Part shown: piece after piece, positions 57,100 to 64,000 of the stretch
Position numbering within the stretch: position 1 is the first letter of the stretch
How the letters are laid out: each line of letters starts with the position of its first letter
DNA from: Clostridiaceae bacterium
GTDB lineage: Bacteria > Bacillota > Clostridia > Saccharofermentanales > DTU023
Length of the DNA: 64,000 nt
Direction of reading: 5' to 3'
NCBI GenBank assembly: GCA_012841015.1
Contig: DUVN01000028.1
Coordinates: 103,188 to 167,187, forward strand
Position numbers and translations under genes: made by a program
The notes under the pieces: generated by a model
Database searches by the model: none
The model's input: only the letters and a program-made list of their open reading frames with translations
Told to the model about the DNA's origin: nothing

Positions 57100-57888
57100 A
57101 TGTCTAAATTTTGGGTAGGTTTCATTATCGGTCTATTTTGGATCGTCCTGGGTATTGGTTTGACTGTAACAAGCGGCTATGTTGTCTTTTTCGGCTTAAT
57201 TGGTGTGGGACTGTTTCTGGTTGTTTTGTCTTTAGTTAATTTAAACCAATTTAAGAAAAGCTCTAACCCAAGTCCTTATCCGGTGAAAAACTTCTACCCT
57301 ACGGATAAGCCCATGGAGATGGAGCGCTTTCTTAATAACTTAAGCCGTGAAGAAGATTTAGTGATGCCGAAGCAGGTTTCTATCAGCTGCTCTAGGAGAG
57401 ACCAAGCAGGCCCTGTTTTTCTGAATGGTGTAATGGTTGGTATGCTTCAGCTAAACATACCTGTGTTTTTTACCGTAACGAAGAGAAACAACGTGGTCAA
57501 TATCTCGAACCATTACGAAGGCATCTGCTTTTTTCATGTTATTGATTCAGCAGGAATGGGCGTTTTAAAGGTTGGTATCGGTATGTCTTCCGCCCGGGTA
57601 AGCATTGTCGCCAATACAGGGCTTGGTGATGGTATCGTGGAAGCGTTTCCGGCACAGTATGGGCAAAATACTGCGCCAGTACCAAGAAAGAGTCGCAAGC
57701 TGGCGCTTTTTCTGGCGGCCCTCCCATGGACAGGTTTTCTGGGAATCGACCGCTTTTACTTAGGCTATATCTGGACGGGAATATTTAAGTTATTCACAGC
57801 CGGTGGCCTTTTGGTACTCTATGTTGTAGACATCGTGCGCCTGGCCAAGGGAACCATGCGAGATAAGGCTGGTAACCCACTAAGATAA
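57100..57888 (+). CDS. Membrane protein with a C-terminal TM2 domain
   Basis: RBS AGGAGG then ATG 57100. It has two N-terminal TM helices. The C-terminus LALFLAALPWTGFLGIDRFYLGYIWTGIFKLFTAGGLLVLYVVDIVRL matches the TM2-domain pattern. Confidence 0.65.
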   Translation: MSKFWVGFIIGLFWIVLGIGLTVTSGYVVFFGLIGVGLFLVVLSLVNLNQFKKSSNPSPYPVKNFYPTDKPMEMERFLNNLSREEDLVMPKQVSISCSRRDQAGPVFLNGVMVGMLQLNIPVFFTVTKRNNVVNISNHYEGICFFHVIDSAGMGVLKVGIGMSSARVSIVANTGLGDGIVEAFPAQYGQNTAPVPRKSRKLALFLAALPWTGFLGIDRFYLGYIWTGIFKLFTAGGLLVLYVVDIVRLAKGTMRDKAGNPLR

Positions 57889-57904
57889 TTGAAAAAACAG
57901 CAGA

Positions 57905-58143
57905 AACCGACGTCAAGCAGGTGAACGCAACGCCATCGAAGCAAAATAGGTGAAGCCAAGCGTCTCTATGGCCTGAATCGGGTGATGACCCGTCGATTCA
58001 GCACCAGCGCGTCGGCGATCCATCTGATTCTGATAGTGATGAACTTGAAAAAGAGCCTGCGGGATCTTTTATTAACTTTTTTCGATTATGTCAACGAGGT
58101 CTCGTTTTGTGGTCTAAACGAAAAATACGCTTTTGAGCAGTAG
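57905..58143 (+). mobile_element. 3' remnant of an IS5/IS1182-like DDE transposase gene (truncated and frameshifted)
   Basis: It translates as ...ERNAIEAK (one frame), then after a frameshift at the A-run ~57943-57948, IGEAKRLYGLNRVMTRRFSTSASAIHLILIVMNLKKSLRDLL...stop at 58141-58143. This pattern resembles the conserved C-terminus of IS5/IS1182-type transposases (…IEGKFGxxKRxYGLxRxMxK…). No N-terminal part is present. Confidence 0.6.
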
Positions 58144-58378
58144 CCCTTATCTTACATTTATAAGCCTACTTCCTCTATCAATAGCCTGCTCCTTGTCGTT
58201 GCCAAGTAATCTGTTTTGCCGATAATAGAGTATTTCATTCAGCGTCGTTGGAGAGCAAAAAGCTTGGTGGTGCAATGGCAGGATTCATGTCATGATAAAA
58301 AAAGAAAAATACAACTAAACTAAAAGAAGCATGTTATGATAGTGGATATATGGAGCACTAAGGAAAAGGTGATATTAA

Positions 58379-58672
58379 ATGACAGAGGAACATGAGTTTG
58401 CCTTTTATTTACATCAACTTGCTTCCAAGGAAGAATCTGCTTTTGAAGAATTTGTAGAACTTTACACGAAGCAGACTTATGTTTACGTTTACGGAATTTT
58501 GAGAAATAAAGAAGATGCGGAAGACGTTGTTCAAGAAGTTTTCTTAAAGCTTTATACGATGAACGAAGAGCTATTTCCGACTCGCGGTGAAAATGTATGG
58601 TACTACAAACTCTGTACGAACTTGGCTATCGTGGGGGGGATCGATGATGAAAAAGAAGTTTTTATCGCGTAA
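58379..58672 (+). CDS. Truncated sigma-70/ECF-like protein (region 2 only)
   Basis: FEEFVELYTKQTYVYVYGILRNKEDAEDVVQEVFLKLY...WYYKLCTNLAI matches region 2.1-2.4. There is no region 4. The ORF ends 33 nt after a G7 tract (58633-58639). Confidence 0.55.
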   Translation: MTEEHEFAFYLHQLASKEESAFEEFVELYTKQTYVYVYGILRNKEDAEDVVQEVFLKLYTMNEELFPTRGENVWYYKLCTNLAIVGGIDDEKEVFIA

Positions 58673-59114
58673 GCACTTGCTCATACTGATCGGCGTGATC
58701 GTACTAGCAACAATCTCCATCATCCTTGTTTTGGGTAGTAGCAATAAAGTGTACCCAATCGATTTAAATCTTGCGGACGATGAGGAAGTTTTGCTTGAGT
58801 ACGAATACACGGATTATTTGGGCTATGAGCATTCGGGATCAATCTCCGACAGAGCGAAAATCCAAAAGCTCAGCGAAATCTTGAAGCGCATTCAAGATGA
58901 AAATCCGCTACGAATCAGAAAAGTTGAGGAGAAGAGTGGACCCGTTACCTACTCGTTTGTTGTGAAGAGAGGAAACGATGAAATGAGCTATTCGCTCAAG
59001 GGTGAGTACTTGGCAGTCGGCAAAAAAAGCATATTCAAAACGTATACAATCTACCAATTAAGTCAGGAGAGTTCCGAGGAATTACTTTCCTTTTTGAGGT
59101 CGGTAGATCATTAA
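58644..59114 (+). CDS. Single-pass membrane protein, unknown function
   Basis: MMKKKFLSRKHLLILIGVIVLATISIILVLGSS plus a ~120-aa extracytoplasmic domain. The start lies immediately after the G7 tract and overlaps the sigma-fragment ORF by 29 nt. Confidence 0.55.
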   Translation: MMKKKFLSRKHLLILIGVIVLATISIILVLGSSNKVYPIDLNLADDEEVLLEYEYTDYLGYEHSGSISDRAKIQKLSEILKRIQDENPLRIRKVEEKSGPVTYSFVVKRGNDEMSYSLKGEYLAVGKKSIFKTYTIYQLSQESSEELLSFLRSVDH

Positions 59115-59248
59115 TCAACAGTGTTCCAAAAGAATAATGATGAAAATACTATACATTACTTAACATATGCTAAAATTCATATATAAAAAATGTGTTGATT
59201 AATGGAGCGTATTTTGCTCTATAACAACAGTGATTGGAGAGTTTACTT

Positions 59249-59695
59249 ATGGGAACCACGAACAAAATGTTGAAGTATTGTACGAAATGTGGCAAACAAT
59301 TACCTGCTGATTACGCTTTTTGTACTAAGTGCGGAACGGCATTGGGGAATGCCGCCCCCGCTCAAAATACCTCCCAAGATCAACAAACGGTTTTATATCA
59401 AGGGGTATGCTTACAAAGGTTGAGCGGCATGACAACTGTGCCTGGTGATGCCATTATCACGCCACAGGGGTTGTTCTATTATAAACGCTCAAAGTTTTCT
59501 AAACAGATTGGAAATAAGCCGTGCGATTTATTTGTCGACAGTCGTAACGTTGCAAATATCCAACAAAGTTATAAGAACATGAATCAGGTAATGCAGCTTA
59601 CAATGAATGATGGTTCGGTTTTAGAATTTTATTCGCCAAAATTTTCACAGATGTTTGCTGCTATGAACGAGGCCATCCGGCAAAGTAGAATGTAG
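59249..59695 (+). CDS. Zinc-ribbon protein with a C-terminal PH/GRAM-like domain
   Basis: RBS GGAGA then ATG 59249. YCTKCGKQLPADYAFCTKCGTAL (double CxxC zinc ribbon). The C-terminal ~100 aa are of unassigned fold. Confidence 0.6.
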   Translation: MGTTNKMLKYCTKCGKQLPADYAFCTKCGTALGNAAPAQNTSQDQQTVLYQGVCLQRLSGMTTVPGDAIITPQGLFYYKRSKFSKQIGNKPCDLFVDSRNVANIQQSYKNMNQVMQLTMNDGSVLEFYSPKFSQMFAAMNEAIRQSRM

Positions 59696-59890
59696 CACAT
59701 AAATATTTTGGGGAATGTAAACAAGATAATCTCTATGTATGCCTTGAGAACGACTGCTTGGCAAATCTCCGAACAACAAATAGAAGAAATTTAAGCTGTA
59801 AGGCTAGTGCCAGTCGCATCTCAGACAACTAACTTGGTAACGTCAGGGGTGTCTCAAAATTGCAGCCTCTTAATCTGATTTAAAGGGGAC

Positions 59891-60195
59891 AGTGGTCAAA
59901 AATTACATCTTGGGTAGCGGGTTTTTACCTAAAGCGTGATTTTTGACCATTTTCGCGCATTTTCGGGTCGGTTGTGGTCAAAATTTACACTTTTAGTAAC
60001 GAGTTCTTACCTAAAGCGTGATTTTTGACCAGATTCGGGCGATTCTCAATTGACTGTGGACAAAATTTACACCTTGGGTAAGAGGATTCTACCTAAAGCG
60101 TCATTTTTGACCAGATTCGGGCGATTTCAGGTCGGCTGTGGACAAAATTTTCGTTTTGAGTAGCGAGTTCTTACCGAAAGCGTGATTGTTGACCA
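59891..60195 (-). repeat. Tandem array 2 of the same 82-bp unit, reverse-complement orientation: 4 cores, 3 linkers
   Basis: Cores are at 59891, 59973, 60055 and 60137, exactly 82 bp apart. For example, the reverse complement of 59973-60031 is TGGTCAAAAATCACGCTTTAGGTAAGAACTCGTTACTAAAAGTGTAAATTTTGACCACA, ~81% identical to array-1 core 2. Confidence 0.95.
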
Positions 60196-60552
60196 GCTTA
60201 GCACGCTAGGTTTTTTTGTAAGTGCCATTTGATCCTCGTTTTGGCGTGTCGTCATTAGCACAGAGCTTACTGTCTAGCATCGCACAAAATTAGGCTAATT
60301 GCTCCGCAAAATCTTCCCTCTGAATAATACCCAACTCCGAACGTGGCTATCTCGATTGTAATTGATGTAAAATATGGTTCTTATAATATCTTGTCAGAAA
60401 GGTGAGCCTTTCGCATGGTCTCGATGGCGAGCTCGTTTAGTCGGAATTAGTTTCGTAGGGACTAAATGCTGGTACGTTTGTACAAGTCTACAAAGCAAGA
60501 TTGACATTGAAAGCCGTGTGGTAAGGATAAAGCAAAAGGTAAGGCTTCAAAA

Positions 60553-61548
60553 ATGAAAAAAGTTTTGACGATTATTATCCTGCTGGGTTTATTCGCGGCA
60601 GCGATTAGCGGCTGTGGAGCCGCAGATGAGGCAGATAGCCGTGATAGCAGCACACTAGAACAGCCATCTGAGAGTACGACGATTGAAAGCACTGAACCTG
60701 CCTCAGAGACTAACCCAGCTTTGCCAGAAGAGCTTGTCGGCCTTTGGGTAGGAACGGGAGAGCAGGAGGGCGGCGGCAACCCCATTAGCTTGGAAGTAAC
60801 AGTCAATGCTGACGCCACGGGCAAGTATACATTTAAACAGGCAGGTTATACGGAAAGTTATTCCATTAAACTCGCAATGGATAGCGGCAATTTTACCGTT
60901 AACATCCCTAAAGACAACAAACTCGGTATATCGAAATGCGGCGGCACGTATGACTATACAGACGGCAAGCTAACTCTCCGTATCAAGACGGAGTTTGCAT
61001 CTGGAAGGATCTTTTCTTATTCAGTCGAATGCACTAAAAAGGGCGATGCTTCGGGCGGACAGGTTCAGGATCACACGATCCCAACGCAGACTGAAGCGCC
61101 AGAGGAAACGCAACCTGAAAATCTACCAACAGAAGCAAACGTCGATATTGCTGCCGCTGTCGCGCATATTAAGAAAAACGAGTCCATCGACGGAATGAAG
61201 CCCGGTGTAAAGACCTCCGCTATCACGAAAAAGCTCGGTAAGGAGGATGATTTTCCTGCAGTCATTATGGAAAAGATGCAGATGTTCTATTTCTCAAAGG
61301 GGTATATCATAGGCTATCTCAATTCAAGCAAAAAGGTTACGTACGTGAGCGCGATGCCGCCAGCTGCCGGGAAGACCGCAAGAGGCATTGGAATAGGCAG
61401 TACCGAAGAGGAAGTACGAGCAGCATATGGCGACGGCATTAACGTTGGGCTTTCAGAAGAAGGTAAGATCGTGTTCGGGGACGAGAGCGCATCAATTGAA
61501 TTCATCTTTGAAAATGGATTCGTAAAGATTATCAATCTTTCTTACTGA
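60553..61548 (+). CDS. Lipoprotein, unknown function
   Basis: MKKVLTIIILLGLFAAAISGC (lipobox), 331 aa. Confidence 0.7.
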   Translation: MKKVLTIIILLGLFAAAISGCGAADEADSRDSSTLEQPSESTTIESTEPASETNPALPEELVGLWVGTGEQEGGGNPISLEVTVNADATGKYTFKQAGYTESYSIKLAMDSGNFTVNIPKDNKLGISKCGGTYDYTDGKLTLRIKTEFASGRIFSYSVECTKKGDASGGQVQDHTIPTQTEAPEETQPENLPTEANVDIAAAVAHIKKNESIDGMKPGVKTSAITKKLGKEDDFPAVIMEKMQMFYFSKGYIIGYLNSSKKVTYVSAMPPAAGKTARGIGIGSTEEEVRAAYGDGINVGLSEEGKIVFGDESASIEFIFENGFVKIINLSY

Positions 61549-61667
61549 TGGAGATGACAGGCACGATTAACCCTGAAAATACTGTGGTCATAGTGGACGA
61601 TGGGAGTCGCTATCTTGAAACGTAAAACGTGGTCGGAATCTAGTACCAAAAAAGGAGTTGTAACAAA

Positions 61668-62378
61668 ATGAAACAACGTACAATCGCACTCTTGCTCATG
61701 ATCCTCTTAGTCCTCGCGTCGGCGTGCGCTGCGTCCGGTAAAACACAGCCAAGCGAATCGCCGGATGTTTCACAGTCGGAATCGATCCCTCATGAAACAT
61801 CGGGGACAACGACGCCTGAACCATTATCTACACCTGAACCTGAATCTACGGTTGAATCCACACCTGAGCCTACTCCTGAGCCCACGTCCGAGTCTACTCC
61901 CATGCCAGATATGACCATAGCAAGCGCTGGCATTGTCAGCGGCGCTATGAAACCAGAATATGGTGCAAAGGGAAAACAGTTTGTAAAGGGGAAGATACCC
62001 TCGCTCTCTTTACCGCTGACGGTCAATCATATTCCAAAGGGCACGGAAGTCCTTTCGATTACGATGATTGATCCGGACGGTGGTGATTGGGTACACTGGC
62101 TCGCAGTAAACATTCCAGTCGATGGTGAGACCTGCGAAATCTTAGAGAATTCGAGCATCGACTGGCCTGAAGAAATCATCCAAGGCAAAAATGATTTTGG
62201 CACAGTTGGCTATGGCGGTCCAACACCTCCATCTGGTACCCATACCTACATCATCACGGTATACGCTTTATCGGAAACTCTTGATCTAAAAGCAGGCTTC
62301 AAGCTGGCAGCAATGCAAAAGGCGATGAAAGGGAAGGTGTTGGCGGAAGCTGTGGTTACAGGCACATACGCAAAGTAA
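61668..62378 (+). CDS. Lipoprotein with a YbhB/YbcL-type PEBP (Raf-kinase-inhibitor-like) domain
   Basis: Lipobox LASAC, then a Pro/Glu/Ser/Thr-rich linker. ITMIDPDGGDWVHWLAVNIP...GKNDFGTVGYGGPTPPSGTHTYIITVYAL is the PEBP family signature. Confidence 0.8.
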   Translation: MKQRTIALLLMILLVLASACAASGKTQPSESPDVSQSESIPHETSGTTTPEPLSTPEPESTVESTPEPTPEPTSESTPMPDMTIASAGIVSGAMKPEYGAKGKQFVKGKIPSLSLPLTVNHIPKGTEVLSITMIDPDGGDWVHWLAVNIPVDGETCEILENSSIDWPEEIIQGKNDFGTVGYGGPTPPSGTHTYIITVYALSETLDLKAGFKLAAMQKAMKGKVLAEAVVTGTYAK

Positions 62379-62406
62379 GAAGGAAAATCATTCTATCCAA
62401 TACACT

Positions 62407-62436
62407 AAAAGCCTCGTTTCCCGAGGCTTTTGTCGT
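62407..62436 (+). terminator. Rho-independent terminator after the PEBP gene
   Basis: AAAAGCCTCG / CGAGGCTTTT stem with a 5-nt loop and a T-rich 3' side. Confidence 0.65.
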
Positions 62437-62758
62437 TCATAGTGTAACGGTCGTTACGTTAATCGCCTCACGATTCTTTTCCGTTGCTTGTAAAATAAGC
62501 ATTTTTTTTATGTTATTCGGCCACTTTGTGAAGAACTTTCATAATTTTGTAGATTTCTTGTGAATAATTTTCATATTTTTGTAAATTGATTAGAAAATGG
62601 CCTTTTTTTATGTTTTAATATGTGGCGGGTGTGGCGAGCATCGCGATAATGTCGCTTATATGTTTGAGGTAAACATCGATAATAAGCTGAATTGACATAA
62701 TTTCATCATGGTGTTCGGAATTTGCTTTTCACAGAAAAACAAATAGGGGGAATGTAAA

Positions 62759-64000
62759 ATGAGGAAACATACGACATGGTCACGCGTCTTCTTGGCACTG
62801 ATTGTTCTTGCTTTGTTAGTCGTGCACGCTTATCAGCCTTCTCTTGCGGAAGAAATTGAAAATCCAGCACAGGAGGAGTCGGTACAAGGTGGCACAGGCG
62901 AGGAGGAGATCAGGCAATCAACGGGTGAGTCGCTTCCGGGAAACAGTCCTGAGCCTGTAGAAGCAGCTGGCGATTCATCTGCCTCAGATGAGAAAAAAGA
63001 TGATCAGACGAAAACGTTAGGCGAAAACGATGATGAGGAGTCTAATGTTCCGGCATCTGCATCACTTCCTGAATCTAATGGCGACGTTGATAAGCGTTCC
63101 AGCGAAGCAGAATCTGATCGCAGTGCCGATGAGGGCGTTGCTCGGTCAAGCGAAGTGCAGGCATCAAACGCGGGCGATAACGTTGGTGCTGAGCAGAAGG
63201 AATCTCCTGATGTATCGTTAGGACTTGACGAAAATGCGGAATCCCCCTCAAACGATTCGAACGAAGAAGATACAGAAGATAAAGACGCAGACGCTGGCGA
63301 CGAAGCAGACATGTTACTGATGTCATCCACCACTTTGCCGGAAGCGTTCAAAGATGCTTCAGTTATCTACTTGGACGGTGTTCATGGTGACGATGAATGC
63401 TTTGGTGTCACAAAAGAAAACGCTGTCAAAACCTTCGCTAGGGCAAAGGAGCTTGCAGCTGCTAATCAAGGGATCAAAACGATCTACGTTATGGGTACGG
63501 TACCGATCACCGGCGAGCTCTCGCTAGGAGGCACAAACGCTGTTTTAAAGCGCGAACCTTCGTTTAAGGGTTATCTATTGCAGGTAGCGTCTGGCACTAC
63601 GGCTACGTTAAAGAATATTGTCATTGACGGAAACTCTGAAGAAGCGGCCGGAGCGAACAGTTCGCTGATCAATTGTCCGGGTACACTTAATATCGCGAAG
63701 GGCACAGTGCTTCAAAACAATAAGATCGGATCGAAATCGGCAAGAAGATCAGGGGGCGCGGTTTACAGCAGCGGTGGAACGATCAACATGCTTGCCGGTT
63801 TGATACAGAACAATTCGGCGACCTTCGGCGGCGGTATCTATCTCTGCAGAAATGCAACACTCCACAAAAATGCAACTCTGAATATGTCAGGCGGCACAAT
63901 TCAAAACAACCAAGTCATCAATGGACCTGATATGGGTGCTTGGAATGATGCAGCTGCCGGAGGAGGCGTTTGCCTCTTCAACGGAGCTACGTTCAATCTC
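62759..64000 (+). CDS. Large secreted protein (3' end outside the window): signal peptide, ~170-aa acidic low-complexity region, right-handed beta-helix-type repeats
   Basis: It is not in the ORF track because it has no stop in the window. ATG 62759 follows RBS AGGGGGA, and I hand-translated 414 codons with no stop. MRKHTTWSRVFLALIVLALLVVHAYQPSLA (signal), then a D/E/S-rich region, then repeats such as GGAVYSSGGTINMLAGLIQNNSATFGGGIYL and GGTIQNN...AAGGGVCLFNGATFNL (pectate-lyase/PMP-like beta-helix style). Confidence 0.75.
   Translation, partial: MRKHTTWSRVFLALIVLALLVVHAYQPSLAEEIENPAQEESVQGGTGEEEIRQSTGESLPGNSPEPVEAAGDSSASDEKKDDQTKTLGENDDEESNVPASASLPESNGDVDKRSSEAESDRSADEGVARSSEVQASNAGDNVGAEQKESPDVSLGLDENAESPSNDSNEEDTEDKDADAGDEADMLLMSSTTLPEAFKDASVIYLDGVHGDDECFGVTKENAVKTFARAKELAAANQGIKTIYVMGTVPITGELSLGGTNAVLKREPSFKGYLLQVASGTTATLKNIVIDGNSEEAAGANSSLINCPGTLNIAKGTVLQNNKIGSKSARRSGGAVYSSGGTINMLAGLIQNNSATFGGGIYLCRNATLHKNATLNMSGGTIQNNQVINGPDMGAWNDAAAGGGVCLFNGATFNL

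Overview
This is a 64-kb chromosomal window from a Bacillota (Firmicutes, Clostridia-like) genome. GC looks like the high 40s by eye; I did not compute it. The housekeeping backbone is tmcAL, pta-ackA-proS, murI, rpmF, der, mltG, glgP, rsmA, a zapA-like gene, dut, tsaD-smpB and one tmRNA (ssrA, 46121-46495). Cell-surface and accessory content is interspersed. (1) The last 9.9 kb of a giant sortase-anchored adhesin of more than 3,300 aa; its ORF enters from upstream of the window. (2) A lone sortase and an SH3b/3D cell-wall protein. (3) Three tandem paralogous type-I surface proteins, with a stray fragment of dut between copies 2 and 3. (4) A five-gene minus-strand operon encoding a multi-subunit flavin/Fe-S dehydrogenase plus P5C dehydrogenase, likely for proline-type catabolism. 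(5) A roughly 14-kb patchwork downstream of ssrA: lipoproteins, an ABC-2 transporter, an ECF sigma/anti-sigma pair, an IS remnant, a truncated sigma gene and duplicated gene fragments. (6) The 5' end of a second large secreted beta-helix protein, which runs off the 3' edge and is absent from the ORF track. I found no rRNA, tRNA, CRISPR/cas, integrase, intact transposase or recognisable defence system. The least explained signal is a pair of strictly phased 82-bp tandem arrays of hairpin-forming units (24407-24875 and 59891-60195). They lie in inverted orientation and bracket 35 kb. Other points worth a second look are a coiled-coil hairpin inserted into a loop of an Ig-like adhesin domain, a dUTPase with a roughly 55-aa insertion whose coding segment is duplicated elsewhere, and two G7 tracts placed where slippage would switch surface or envelope genes. 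All functional calls rest on motif recognition by eye; no database search was run.
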